A stretch of DNA of 64,000 nt from Eledone cirrhosa. Taxonomy: Eukaryota. A model generated the notes under the pieces. It had not been told where the DNA came from. It was given only the letters and a program-made list of their open reading frames with translations, and did not search any database. The stretch spans positions 183,892,001-183,956,000 of the forward strand of contig OZ024743.1 in assembly GCA_964016885.1 (NCBI GenBank). Direction: 5' to 3'. The translations under genes were made by a program, and so were the position numbers. Below are positions 14,264-27,713 of the stretch, in pieces; the stretch's first letter is position 1, and each line of letters opens with the position of its first letter.

Positions 14264-15599
14264 ATGTATTATGTGTGTGTATCTTCATGTTTTTGTCTGT
14301 GTTTATGTCCCGTAACTTAGCGGTTTCGCAAAAAAAAAGAGACAAAATATAAGTTCCAAACTTGAAAAAATACGTATTGGGGTCCATGTAACCGACTAAA
14401 TCAAGGTGGTGTTCAAGCTTGACCGCAACCGACTGACTGAAGCAAGTAAAAATTAAAAGAATAACGAAACCAGGAAATTCGAAGAACAAATCAGAGTTGG
14501 ATCAGAAGGTTTGTGTTACGTCTCCACGAAAAGGTACTGCTTATCAATGTGTACAAGAACACCCACTGCACAAAAAATGGTAATTAAAAACCAAATATTT
14601 ACCCTTTCATTGCCATATTTCTTGTGAAAGACACTGCCTTTGATTTTCGAATCATTCGGAAAATAATTAAGAATTTGGAGATATTTTGTGATATAGTTAA
14701 CTTTCCCATTATATTAAGTTAGTGTCTGGAACATAACTTAACAGAGGTTCTAACATAAAATTAGAGTGGAAGGTTTTTATATGAAGTTATATGAAGTTAA
14801 CATGGCGACAAGGAAGGTCGCTTGACCACGTCTTGACCGAACAAAATATAATATTTTCACCAAAAACTGCCCTTTAAACACATGTCAGATGGATTACAAT
14901 ATTCATTATCACAATTACTTTCACTGTTCCCTGACAACTAGTACCAGTTTCAAGATAGAATTATTTTAACGAAGTATATATAATTTGACTTGATTTTCGC
15001 CAACAAACCACGTGTGGACATGGACGGGGGAAAAAAGGAAAAAAAACCAAAACAAATCACTACGTCCCTTAAGAATCGCAGTAAGTACTCCACAAAACAT
15101 ATAAACAACAATATACACACAGATTTATATACAGATACATACCATATGCATATACACACACGTGAAAAGAAACCACACTATTTCGTGTGAGACACTATAC
15201 CGGCCAATTTTACCAATTTACATTGGTAAAATATTTCTTAACATTGACCTCGCTTCTAACCCACATACACCTTTTAATTATATATATATATATACTAGCA
15301 GCTGAAAGTTAATAATTTGAAAAAAAAATATTATTGAAAGTTTACTATAAAGAAGCAGTATCAGGGGAAAAAAAAAAAAAAAACCTTATTTCGCTGTTAA
15401 TAAACAACTGCCTTCTACAGTACGTTTCATTTAACTTACGCAGCATATTTATTTGTTTACATGTAATGTAATTCAGACTCTTCTGTACACACACAACATT
15501 TAGGAAAACGGAAACAAAATACACAAAAAAACAGACATTTTATTTCTATCGTAATCAAGTGCGCTAAACCTATATTGTTTACATTCTGTGTTTTTCTAC

Positions 15600-16965
15600 G
15601 GATGGGTAGAAATAACAAAATTGCCATGGTGATATCCATCGATGAAATATGCGACAAAACCGGCCGATGTCCCAAGATAGAACATTGCTCAGAAAATCAC
15701 ATCTGCCATATCTGTGCGGAACCCGAAAACTCGTTCCGTAATCGCTGGGTCGAATGTGGAACCTGTCGCATCTCTGTCTGCCTTCAATGCGCCACAGGCT
15801 TCCGGAGGATCCCAGGCCAAAAAAAGAGACATCATAATGCTATGATGGATGGAATATGGGAGATGGTCCAGCTAAAATCCTGGTCCTTTCAGTGTCTGGC
15901 CTGTGTGCCTGCCTCCACGAATGTTATTAATGTTATTGAAAAACAACAACAAAAACCAATGACTGTGTCTTCCTCTACCATTGTTACTGAACAACGGCAA
16001 AAACCTATGACACTGGCTTCTACTGTTATTCCTGTGGGAGAACATCAGAAACAACAACAACCCATGTCTTCCACTCCCAGTACATCTCGACACCAACAAC
16101 TGGTGACTGTGTCTTCCCCTACCATTCCCGTGGAGGAACATCATCATCACCAACAACAACAACAGCAACAACCTGCGACTGTGTCCTCCCCTGCCATTCC
16201 CGTGGAGGAACATCATCATCACCAACAACAACAACAACAGCAACAACCTGCGACTGTGTCCTCCCCTGCCATTCCCGTGGAGGAACATCATCATCACCAA
16301 CAACGACAGCAGCAGCAGCAGCAACAACAACAACCGACCAGTACAGATTTTGCGGAACTGCAACTAATGATTTCTGCTCTGAGAAGGGAAGTTGCAGGAA
16401 TAGAGGCAAGCATTCGGGTAGGACCCCACAATGAGGGGTCTTATCGGAATGCCTTGCTAAAGAATCTCCCTGTACCTCTTGCTGGAAAGACTGAAAAGAC
16501 TGCGGAATCTGCTACCCATGAAGTGATTGCCATTGGGGTACCAGAGGACAAGGCTGATCTTCAGGCATTTGCTGCCAGCTCAGCCAAAGACCTAGGCTGT
16601 GTTCCCCCAAAGGGTGCCCTCCGCCTTGGTCGACCTGGTCCAAAACCCAGACTCATCAGGCTGTCTTTCTCGGACCCCGCAGAGGCAACCTCATATCATC
16701 TGGCCTCTGCTAAAGCTGGGCGTGAAAATCGGATTACCTTCCGAACACGCCCAGGCCTACCTCCCCATGTACGTCCAAAACTACGGCTGCAGCTTCCTTG
16801 AATCGGAACTCAGCACAAGATGAAAGTTTCAGTCTGCGTGATGATGGGCAGATCTGGAGGTTTGTCAAGGCTGGTGAAACGTGGAAGAGAGATACCAGCT
16901 GGTCTGAGTGTGATCTACCCACAATAACTGGCAATGTAAAAACTGCTACAACTCTGGGAAACTAA
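15600..16965 (+). pseudogene. LINE ORF1: PHD finger plus His/Gln repeats, with a 1-nt frameshift near 16785
   Basis: CHIC..WVECGTC..C..C..FQCLAC PHD pattern; the frame resumes at ~16786 and runs to ...TTLGN* (TAA 16963-16965). Confidence 0.75.
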
Positions 16966-17021
16966 ACCAGAACAACCTGCCACCCTCTACACACCATCAT
17001 AAACTGCGAGCAGGGTACAAA

Positions 17022-19787
17022 TTGTTGTCCTTAAATGCTCGCAGTTTATGCAACAAGATACATCTGTTCGAATCCTACGTCAGAAGCATCGACCCTGACT
17101 TCATCACAATCACGGAAACATGGGCACATTCCTTACTCTGTGATGGGGTTTTCACCATTACTGGGTACAACCTTTTCCGCAAGGACCGCATTAACCGCCG
17201 TGGTGGTGGTGTGATGGTCTACGTTCGTTCAAACTTTTCGGTAATTCCTTGCGTTGATTTGAACGAATCACAGGAAGAAGTTTTTTTCTGTGACATACGT
17301 ATGACCATGTCAACACTTCTGCTTGGTGTTGTTTATCGCCCCCCAAACTACCATCAGGACACACAGCTTTGCGATATCCTCAGAGTTGCTGCCAAGAAAA
17401 CAGCCACTTATGTGTTTATTGCAGGTGACTTCAATCATCCTGAGATCGATTGGGAAACCTTTCGTTGGCCACAGGGTGCAAACGATTTCCTTGAACTAGT
17501 GCTGGACTCAAACTGGTCACAAGTAGTCACCTCTCCAACAAGAGGTGACAACACTTTGGACCTGATCTTCACCACTACTCCTGAAGTGGTTATCAGTTGT
17601 ACTACTGAGGAACCTCTAGGCGACTCTGATCATGCTATGATCATTGCCAATCTGGCACTTGAGGGCAGCAACAAAAACCAGGGCCATCTCCAATCTGCTT
17701 GCTTTGATTGGAAGAGGGCGGATTGGAACTTGTACTGCACTGAGCTACAGCGCCCAAACTGGCATGAGATGTATAACTCTGGAGATGTGAACTCTATACT
17801 CCAGAGCATCCTGGACTCAATATGGATAGCGTGTGCAGCATCAGTGCCACGGAAGCGGAAAAATAACCACCCCAAAAGTGCAATCTGGGAAACTTCAGCG
17901 GTCCGACTTGCCAGGAAAGAACGTCGGAACGCTGAACGGGAATATAAACTGCATAGATCAGATGCCAACAGAAAAAAGCGGAATAAATCTTCTAACCATC
18001 TCAAGCAAGTGACAAAGAAGGCAGTGCTTGAATTTGAACAGTGCATCGCAACCAATCCTGACAGTAAGGTGTTCTGGAAATATGTTCATTCAAAGCAGAG
18101 ACCTCACTCTCCAGTTGGTCCTCTTCGCAATCCCCACACAAGCCAGGTCAATGACGATCCCAAGGAATGCGCAGAACTCATTGCTGAATGCTATGCAAGT
18201 ATTTTTACTGTTGAAAACCAGAATGTACCATCTCCACCATCTCTAACATCAAATTCCATAACAACTATGGAATTTACACCTGCAATGTTGCGACGTCACC
18301 TTAAGAATAAGCGCAACTATGCCTCCTCTGGTCTTGATGGTGTGACATACCTGCTTCTCAAACGTGGCGGGGATTTCCTTTTGCGCCAGCTTTCTTTTTT
18401 CTTTCAATACTGTCTCAGCAATGGTGCTACTCCGGAGCAGTGGAAAACTGCCAGTGTCATTCCCCTGTTCAAAAAGGGCAACCGCATGTCACCTGTCAAC
18501 TATCGTCCAGTCAGTCTTACTAGCTGTATGGCCAAACTGATGAAATCCTGTGTCAGAGAAACACTTTGGAACTTCTGGAGCTCTCACAGCCTCATCCGGC
18601 CCTCACAGTTTGGATTTATCCCTAACTCCAGCTGCTGTGATCAGCTTATCGAGTTCCTTGAGGACATCACCCGGATCACTGACAGCGGCTCATGGGTGGA
18701 TGTTGTTTACCTTGACTTTGCTAAGGCTTTTAATTCTGTGCCACACAAAAGACTTATGGCAAAACTCTCTGCAATGGGTGTGAGGGATGATCTTTTCGAC
18801 TGGCTGAAATCCTTCATTCTCAGCCGAAAGGAAGTAGTCACGGTTCTAGGACAGCATTCTTCACCATATGAGATGTCATCTGGTGTACCACAGGGATCTG
18901 TTCTTGGTCCTCTTTTGTTTGTGGCATATATTAATGACATAGATGCCAACTTACAGAATGCCACGGTACTAAAATATGCAGATGACATCAAGCTGTACCT
19001 TGAAATCAAAAGGACTGATCCTGAAATTTACAACTCTTTCCTACAATCAGACTTGGACACAATGCAGCAATGGATCACAGACTGGCAACTGAAGCTGGCT
19101 GTGGACAAGTGTACCACCATGCATTTTGGAAGGAAAAATCCAGCGTCCACATACTCCCTCCACAACACTGACATCAAAAAGTCCTCTTGTGAACGTGACC
19201 TGGGCATTACTGTCAGCAACGATTTGCGTTGGACAAAGCATGTCTCTAAGATTGTCAAGAAGGCCGAGGGTGTCTTGGCATCACTCAGCAAGACCTTTGT
19301 TAGCCGCTCTCCAGCCATCTATTTAAAACTGTATACAGCTATGGTGCGACCACACTTGGAATTCGCATCATCAGTCTGGAACCCCTATCTTGCTCGGAAC
19401 ATTGACCTCCTGGAAACTGTTCAGAGACGTGCAACCAAGCGCATACCCTCCATCAGACACCTACCATACTCTGAACGCCTTGCTTCCCTGGGCATGGATT
19501 CATTGAAGCTCCGACGTCTGGCAATGGACTTGGTGAATACCCACAAAGTTTTTAACCATCTCGCCAACTGCAACCCTGAGCGCTTCTTTGATCTCCATGT
19601 GTCTAACACACATGGACATGCCTACAAGATAAGAAAACAGCACAGCTCCCACGACTTTCGCAGACATTTTTTCACGCTCAGAGTTGCTGAAGCATGGAAC
19701 AAACTGCCTGCGTCAATTGTTAGCTGCCGAGACACTGCATCCTTTAAGACACTCATGCTTCCCGAAATACGCCAAAACTACACCTGA
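17022..19787 (+). CDS. CR1-like ORF2: APE endonuclease plus reverse transcriptase
   Basis: LNARS, ITETW, GDFN, SDH; NYRPVSL, DFAKAF, GVPQGSVLGP, YADD; 921 uninterrupted codons. Confidence 0.95.
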   Translation: MLSLNARSLCNKIHLFESYVRSIDPDFITITETWAHSLLCDGVFTITGYNLFRKDRINRRGGGVMVYVRSNFSVIPCVDLNESQEEVFFCDIRMTMSTLLLGVVYRPPNYHQDTQLCDILRVAAKKTATYVFIAGDFNHPEIDWETFRWPQGANDFLELVLDSNWSQVVTSPTRGDNTLDLIFTTTPEVVISCTTEEPLGDSDHAMIIANLALEGSNKNQGHLQSACFDWKRADWNLYCTELQRPNWHEMYNSGDVNSILQSILDSIWIACAASVPRKRKNNHPKSAIWETSAVRLARKERRNAEREYKLHRSDANRKKRNKSSNHLKQVTKKAVLEFEQCIATNPDSKVFWKYVHSKQRPHSPVGPLRNPHTSQVNDDPKECAELIAECYASIFTVENQNVPSPPSLTSNSITTMEFTPAMLRRHLKNKRNYASSGLDGVTYLLLKRGGDFLLRQLSFFFQYCLSNGATPEQWKTASVIPLFKKGNRMSPVNYRPVSLTSCMAKLMKSCVRETLWNFWSSHSLIRPSQFGFIPNSSCCDQLIEFLEDITRITDSGSWVDVVYLDFAKAFNSVPHKRLMAKLSAMGVRDDLFDWLKSFILSRKEVVTVLGQHSSPYEMSSGVPQGSVLGPLLFVAYINDIDANLQNATVLKYADDIKLYLEIKRTDPEIYNSFLQSDLDTMQQWITDWQLKLAVDKCTTMHFGRKNPASTYSLHNTDIKKSSCERDLGITVSNDLRWTKHVSKIVKKAEGVLASLSKTFVSRSPAIYLKLYTAMVRPHLEFASSVWNPYLARNIDLLETVQRRATKRIPSIRHLPYSERLASLGMDSLKLRRLAMDLVNTHKVFNHLANCNPERFFDLHVSNTHGHAYKIRKQHSSHDFRRHFFTLRVAEAWNKLPASIVSCRDTASFKTLMLPEIRQNYT

Positions 19788-20639
19788 TGTACCCCTTCCA
19801 TACACATGCACACATGTGTGTATCATGACTCGTGCACTGTTCATTTTACTGATGTTTGTGCATTGCCCTATGTACTGTACATGCACTTTTTTGATGAGTT
19901 GTGGTGCACCTGGGCACTGTACACAATATTTCATTATTGTTATTGTTATTATATCATGACTCATACACTGTTTATTTTCCTGACATTTGTACATTATTCT
20001 ATGTACTATACATGCACCTTTGATGAGTTGTAGTGCACCTGAGCACTGTACACAATAATTTCATTATTATTATTATTTAAATAATTATAAGCACTTTAAA
20101 CAAACAGCTTTGTATCATGAAACCGAGGGCAGTTTCAGGCGGTTTTGTATCGAACAAGTTAAGTAAAAATTATTTATATAAATTTGTAATAACCGCACAA
20201 AAAGAAACTGCTTTGAACCTGCCCAAACATGAAACATATATAACGGAATACTCCTATGTTTTACCGGCGAAGATTCGAAACCGAATCTGAGGTTTCTCGC
20301 TTCTGGGACTAACCATTATTGGAAAGTTCCCACCTTTGTCTTGTCAAAGACAACGAGGATAAACGTACATTACGCTTGACCTGTGACCCCAGCTTCTTGG
20401 GAGACGATATCCACATGGCTGATCATAAAGCAACCTCATCCTTCTAACTTTAGCACTATTATAAATACAAGAAGTTAAGGAATCTAAGAAGTTAAGACTC
20501 GAAGCAGCAGTCAGCGAGTGATAATGATGTAGGCATCAGTAGACCTTTTACCCTTTCTCTCTCCTAGCCCTTACTGGTTGTCACCTTCTCGGCCACAGAC
20601 ACAGCCAGACAGCCAGCCATGCCTGCCTGGCAGATTGTC

Positions 20640-20738
20640 CATTATTCTATGTACTATACATGCACCTTTGATGAGTTGTAGTGCACCTGAGCACTGTACA
20701 CAATAATTTCATTATTATTATTATTATTATTATTATTA
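20640..20738 (+). mobile_element. Isolated 3' tail of the same CR1 family
   Basis: Matches 19992-20076 and ends in (ATT)n. Confidence 0.85.
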
Positions 20739-21574
20739 CTACTACGACAATAATGTATTCTAAGAATACACACACACACACACAGTAAGTTCATATTATT
20801 TACATTCTGCGCTCACCCTATTCTTCCTCTCATATTGTATCTGTAAGATACAACACAACTTTTACTATGTCGTTTTCTGTGATACATGCATTTACGCTAA
20901 CTCGTAGAAGTTCGCCAGTAATCATGTAGGGATAATTCATGTCATAAATATTATTACTCGATGTTCTAAGTAAATATTGTTTTTATAAAATAAATGTTAA
21001 CATCTTAATCATGGCATTATTTTTTTCATCAAACCCATCAAAAGAATACCGCTTATCCACTACACATATATGGCGTTCCAATGATATTCACAATGTAAAT
21101 GTCAAAGGCATTAAAACAGATGTAAACATCAGCGAGTTTTAAAGAGACACACAGGCTCTGGCCTGTTGTGCTGATGATATAAAGCTGTCACTTCTTTAAT
21201 TGTTTAAAAAGAAAATCTCAGCCTAATACGAAAATACCGCATGGTGTTGTATTTCTTCATCCAAAAGCCCGTATAGATTAAAGTTCAAATGGAATAATGC
21301 TTTCAAGAAATATGAGAAAAGCACCTTGGTGGACCTTTAAGGAAATGTTCACTTTTCGCCAAGGCTCGGTTTAGGGCACATAGAAATGAAGTCATTAAAA
21401 ATAAAGTGGGAGAACTGGAAACCCGCGTAGATGTCCTTCCTTGAGATCTGACGAGCAGAATGCAGCCTTTTGATGACACAAACCATTTTTAAATACCACG
21501 CGAGAACACTGGAGCAAACAGATGGGAGATTTAGACGGCGACCTCACAACAATACACACACAATTCCACAGGTG

Positions 21575-23030
21575 TGTAGAGGTAGAATAAATCGCAGTAC
21601 TGAACTGATACTTTATTTATGGTCCTCAAAAGAATGAAAGGCAAAGTTGATGTGGACAGGATTTCAACCCAGCTCACAGAGAACCGGAATGAATACCACA
21701 AAACATTCTATCCGACGTTCTAACGACTGATATTTCACTGCCACTTAGGAAAATATAAGAACAGAAATTATAGTGAAGGCTTTTAAAACGTATAGAATTA
21801 GTAATGTTTTTAAGACGGTGCTTTATTTAAAAACAGCTATACAATCATTGTGATTTCCCTGCCGCCTAGTTACATTTTTCATTTGTTTCTGCTATACTGT
21901 AGCTACATGTTTTAGTAACATTAACTGCTTACCTATATATTACACAAACATTTTCTTAATATTCCCTGCTGAAATGAGGGGTGGGGCTTTTATATACCCT
22001 CGATTTTTATGTGCTATCAAATACAATATAACGTCACCTGTGCTAACCAGCTTTATATGAGACGTTTAACATTACTAGCATTCATATATATATTACTTTA
22101 TTGCAAGCTAAATACCACCCACACATGCAACAATGAACGTCTTCCAACACAGTTTATGTACTTTTTGTTTTATGAAGCCAGCATTTTATTTTCTGAATAA
22201 TGCTTTTTGATTTAGACACAAGGCCAACAATTTTGGGGGAGAGGAAAGTCAATTAAATCGACCCCAGTGTGTACTTTATTTTATCGACCCTCGTAAGGAT
22301 GAAAGGCAAAGCTAACCTCGGCAGGATTTGAACTCGGAACGTAAAGGGCGGTAACTCTATGTCATGAAGCAGAGTGTCCGACGCTCTACCGATACTGCCA
22401 ATCCACCGCCCTAACAGTCCTTAATAATTGTTTCTACTTTAGGCACAAGGCCAGCAATCATCCAGTACATTACTGGTACTTTATTTTATCGACCCCGTAA
22501 GGATGAAAGGCAAAGTTAACCTCGGCGGGATTTGAACTCAGACTGTAAAGGGACGTAACTATGGTGGAAAGCATGGCGTCCAACCCTCTACCGATACTGC
22601 CAATTCACCGCACAGTCCTTAATAATGATTTCTAATTTAGGCACAAAACCAGCAAATTTTAGGGTAGGAAAAGCTAATTATGTCGACCCCAGTACTTCAC
22701 TTTATTTTATCGAGCCGGGGGGGGGGGAGTGAAATGTAAGGTTAATCTGGGCGGGATTTGAACTCAGTCCGTAAAGAACCAGAATAAATACTGTTAAATA
22801 TTTACACGACACTCTAACAACGCAACCAATCTTTTTAATGATTTCTAATTTTGGTACAATTTGTGGGGAAGAAGAAGTCGATTAAATCGACCCCAGTACA
22901 TAACTGGTACTTTATTTTATCAAGCTTGGAAGAATTAAAGGCAAATTTGACTTGGCGGAATTTGAACTTAATAAATTCTGTTAAGTATTTATCCGAAGCT
23001 CTACCGACTCGGTTAGTCTCTGTTAATTAA
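21575..23030 (-). mobile_element. Tandem cluster of tRNA-derived octopus-type SINE copies
   Basis: Repeated motif ACTTTATTTTATCGACCCC..GGATGAAAGGCAAAGTTAACCTCGGCGGGATTTGAACTC, with the B-box GAGTTCAAATCC on the - strand. Confidence 0.75.
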
Positions 23031-23089
23031 TAAAACTATTAAGTGTGATATTGGGTTTAGTAATTATATATTTTATTCACTGAACCTGA

Positions 23090-23232
23090 TTGTCACCAGC
23101 TGAGTGAACTGGAGCAATGTGAAATAAAGTGTCTTGCTCAAGGACCCCACACACCGCTTGATCCGGGAATCAAACTCACAACCTCACGATTGCCAATCCA
23201 AACGCTCACACCACTAAGCCACGAGCGTTCAC
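23090..23232 (-). mobile_element. Second tRNA-derived SINE family fragment
   Basis: B-box-like head and TTGAGCAAGACACTTTA motif; related copies at ~30170-30240 and ~31790-32030. Confidence 0.6.
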
Positions 23233-23532
23233 ACACACATACATACATATGTATATGTATTTTTAATGGTACCTTCGAATTCTTCCAAGTGCCTGATGAC
23301 TAGGTCACAAATATGGGGAGATGGTCATATTTGAACCTTAAAACCTTAGGTAGCACTCTTCTTCCAACATAATTGTTTCTACTTTTGGCACAAGGCCAGC
23401 AATTATCCAGTGTATTACTGGTACTTTATTTTATCGAATGCATTTAAGCTGTGCATGTGTGTTTGTGTAAATGTTTCGCATTATTCATATCTATGCTTGC
23501 ATGCATCTGCTTTCATATATCCTCCTCCTCTT

Positions 23533-23995
23533 CATTATCATCATCATCACCATCATCATCTCATCATTACCATCATCATCATCATCCTCATCAACATCAT
23601 CTTTATCATCATCATCATCATCATCTTTATCGTCACCACCACCATCACCATCATCCTCATCAACCTTATCATCATCACCATCATCATCATTTTTATCATT
23701 ATCATCCTCCTCCTCATCATCATCAACATCATCCTCATCATCACCATCATCATCACTACCACCATCATCTTTATCACTACTATTATCATCATCATCATCA
23801 ACATCATCTTTATCGTCACCACCACCACCACCATCATCATCCTCACCATCACCATCATCATCATCACTACCCCCATCATCTTTATCACTACCATTATCAT
23901 CATCATCAACATCATCAACAACATCATCATCATCATCATCTTTATCACCACTACCACCACCCTCATCCTCACCATCGCCATCATCATCACCACCA
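23533..23995. repeat. Degenerate (CAT/CAC)n trinucleotide array
   Basis: Direct observation; source of spurious poly-H/I/S/D/M ORFs. Confidence 0.95.
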
Positions 23996-24584
23996 GTCCG
24001 TGCAGTGTAATATATCAACAACAGTACAAAAGTTCTATGAGAGGCGATGATGTTCAAATGTGAAACACGTAATATCTACAATTACAACAAATTCTACTTA
24101 ACATTTACCTCTTTCTCTTTATACCTATCCCTCTCCCCTCTCTTAATCTGTCTGTCTCTCTCTCAATCTTCCTCTCCTTCCCTCTCTATCTTTCTTATTT
24201 TCTCGCCGTCTCTGTTTCTTCTCTCCTATATTTTATTATGTCAGATTCTTGATATTTTTCAGATATTCCCTTCTTCTAACCTGCGCAACATTCACTGAAT
24301 GCTATTAAACAAAACAGTAAAAAAAAAACAAAAAAAAAAACAAACAATACAGCCCAGAAAAAATATGTACAAAATGCTTCTTTTTCATACTTTAAAGCAT
24401 GCTCACTTACGTTCAAACACAAGTGTTTCCTCTTATATACTATGTTTTAAGTTTCAATACAATGCTGTAAGTTATTGTTGTTTAGCCCCAGGTCGGCCCT
24501 AATGAAGAAACCTATGACCAAAGTGTTCAAATCATAATTATTCCATATTTTTGTATAGTTAGTTATACAAATAGGTGACGAATT

Positions 24585-24728
24585 TAACAGTCATTAGAAC
24601 GTTTGAGAGAATGCTTTGCAGCATTTTTTCCGGCTCTCTGCACACTGAGTCCGGTACCTACCGAGGTCAGCTTTGCCTTTCATTCTTTCGAGGTCGATAA
24701 ATAAAGTACCAGTCTAGTACTGGGGTGG
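24585..24728 (+). mobile_element. Octopus-type SINE copy
   Basis: CTTTGCCTTTCAT..GGTCGATAAATAAAGTACCAG motif. Confidence 0.65.
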
Positions 24729-25089
24729 AGTTTGCCTCTATAACGCTTTCTCAACCCCTCTCTCTCTTTCTCTCTCTTTCTCTGTAGAGGGGATGGCTCC
24801 CACCAGGTATAAAATGCCCAAGGCACGCTGTATCTCACGATGACACTCATACAACTCTAACAGGAGTTACAGGAGGTCAGAGAGAGAGAGAGAGAAAGAG
24901 AGAGAGTGAGAGTGTGTGAGTGTACGAGGTGGAGAGAAAGAGAAAGAGAGAGACAGTCTCTAACCCGGAAACAAAGCTTTTTCATTGGAATTTATACATC
25001 AACTTGGTACTTATGTATGTTTGTGTGTGTGTGTATGTGTGATGTATGAACGTTATTGACTGCGTGTATTGAGTTATATGTCCACATAC

Positions 25090-25570
25090 ATATGTTTCTA
25101 TGTGTGTGAGTAGATGCAGTTGTTACATGCTAAATTTCTGGAATGTTTTACATAATTTTTACAGTTCCATTAATGGATTGTACTTCCAACTTCTTAACTA
25201 GCTGTGCCCTTTCATGTTCTGGGAAGTCCAGCTTCTTAAGATTTGTACACAGGCAGTAACGTATCTCAGACCCCAATAATCACAGGTACAAATCTAAAGG
25301 TATAGTCAGTGTGGAGTGTCTGCAGGTTCCTCATTAGTTCGGCATAGGTGTTCTCTTTACTAAGCTTTAACACTATGTTAACATCGTGCATGCTTTCTCT
25401 TCGCTGTCCCATATCAATATGTCTTGTGTTTATATTTTACTGCCGTCTTGACAGAAACATTCCACCGGTACTCTTTCACATAGTTTTTACCTCCAGGAAT
25501 ATGCTTTATACTGATTGTATTATACATTGTTTGGTCACTGCATCATGCCTCAGGTATATAGTACCATGAT
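25090..25570 (-). mobile_element. R4/Dong-like LINE 3' fragment (restriction-like endonuclease region)
   Basis: Minus strand reads KENTYAELMRNLQTLHTDYTFRFVPVIIG, typical of the RLE C-terminus; degenerate. Confidence 0.55.
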
Positions 25571-26066
25571 GTTAATGATAACGAACAGAAAGAAAGAGTA
25601 CTCAATACAATGAATATAATACAAATAATTTATTTAATTCAGAATGGAACTGGCTGTAGTTCTATATTTTAATAAGGCAAATGTTTTAACCTAGAATCTT
25701 CTGATCGCCATTCTGGTTAGAGATGTTTTATTATAAACAAAATGGCTGGCGAAATATGACGTCATGAACGCTTATGTTTGATAAAGCCAAGGGACTCAGC
25801 ATATGTATAGGCATAGAAGAGGTAAAAATGGCATGGAAGAATGGACATTTAAGATATAAAGATAAAGAGACAGATACTCTTGTTGGCAAATAAACAGATA
25901 CAGACCAGATATATTTTAGATAAATACCAACGGAAAAAAAATGTTCTGCTTTTATTTATACATTTTATTCCCATTCCATAACTTCTCCCGTATATTATTT
26001 TGTTATAACTATCATGCTTGAATATTTGAAAAACTCTGCGAACTAACAGATAGTAATCTCAGTACT

Positions 26067-26097
<31 letters not shown>

Positions 26098-26242
26098 CAA
26101 GTAAGAATATTTTCGAAACAGCGAGTGGGTTTGAAATTATTAGAAATGTAAGCTATCGCCGTATTTTGACTAAGGAAATTAAAGAAATTATTTAGCCTGA
26201 TAGTGGGGTTAAGAACCCTCGGAGAAATGAAAAAAGATGAGT

Positions 26243-26305
26243 ATTGACGTACATGGGAGTCGAACCCACATCTTTGGCTATCCGGACCACTGTGCTACCA
26301 TTTGG
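26243..26305 (-). other. tRNA-like (Pol III A/B box) fragment
   Basis: Minus strand TGGTAGCACAGTGG...GGGTTCGACTCCC; cloverleaf incomplete. Confidence 0.4.
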
Positions 26306-26884
26306 GGCGGGGGGTGGGTATATATGTATATATATATATATTATCAGCTTAAATATTCAGGTAAATGAAGAGTTATGCCGATAATGTTTCAAACTCAATG
26401 TAATTCCACAATCAACAAGATAAGATAAATCTTTTCATCACTTGCATAATCCGTGTAAATATTTAAGAATCAAACTTCGCGAAAGTAAATCCGATGGGCA
26501 TTATGAATGTGATGCTGCAGTGCACATATATAAATAATTGTTTCTACATTAGGCACAAGGCCAGCAATTACCCAGTGTATTACTGGCACATATATAAATA
26601 ATGCAGGAAAAAAAAGAACGCAAAGTCATCATATTCTTCTGACAGACGTTTCTAGAAAAGAAGTAAAACAAACTGGCTCAATTCCATTATTCATATATAA
26701 TATGAATGTATCCCAATCTGAGCGTTGACTAATGACATTCTTCTAAATACAAAAACAGCATTATATTTTTTGCATTATATATATATATATAGGTTAACTT
26801 TGCCTTTCATCCTTACGGGGTCGATAAAATAAAGTACCAGTAATGTACTGATTAATTGCTGGCCTTGTGCCAAAAAGTAGAAAC

Positions 26885-26926
<42 letters not shown>

Positions 26927-27117
26927 GCTTACTACGTGTCCAGGAGATATAGTTATAAAAAGAATGGTCTGTACATGTTAATTTATCCTTTTAATTTTTA
27001 TGTATTTTCCATTCCGTTCGTAGATAATATGATTTTCACACTGTTGCTATTGTATCCCATACAATTAAACACATGCCTCTTTCTGTATTTTTCTCTATAT
27101 ATTGTCTTATATATATG

Positions 27118-27390
<273 letters not shown>

Positions 27391-27437
27391 TATTTTAATA
27401 TAGAAAAGCTTATACATTCGTGAGAAATCATCATGGC

Positions 27438-27482
27438 TTCCTGATGATTTCTCACGAATGAAACAGTTCTAGTCCTGTAGAA
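27438..27482 (+). ncRNA. Type I hammerhead motif in a small fold-back remnant
   Basis: ttc-CTGATGA-t-ttc-tcac-gaa-t-GAAA-cag-ttctagtc-ctg-TA-gaa; 27415-27433 is the inverse of 27442-27460. Confidence 0.6.
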
Positions 27483-27566
27483 ACTTTTCTATATTAAAAC
27501 ATTTATATTCTGTTATGTATTGAGTACCTTACTTACTGTGGTCACCCCCGATTCAACCCGGAATTA

Positions 27567-27601
<35 letters not shown>

Positions 27602-27713
27602 ATAATAATAAAATTGAAGACTAAAATCCAAAGAGGGCTCGATAAGGAAAATATATATCAAATATATAAGAACCGTAGAGCAAATATTTATTAAAATAAC
27701 AGATTAAAGTTTA

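Larger units (their letters stand above)
15575..20078 (+). mobile_element. Near full-length CR1-like LINE (5' boundary uncertain)
   Basis: ORF1 plus APE-RT ORF2; 3' UTR with a duplicated terminal motif and (ATT)n tail. Confidence 0.9.

Noticed and set aside
23410-24063. His-, Ser-, Asp- and Met-rich ORFs in five frames
   Set aside because: A (CAT)n repeat open in nearly all frames, with no splice or domain evidence
26243-26305. Functional tRNA gene
   Set aside because: Acceptor stem and D-arm incomplete; more likely a SINE head or pseudogene
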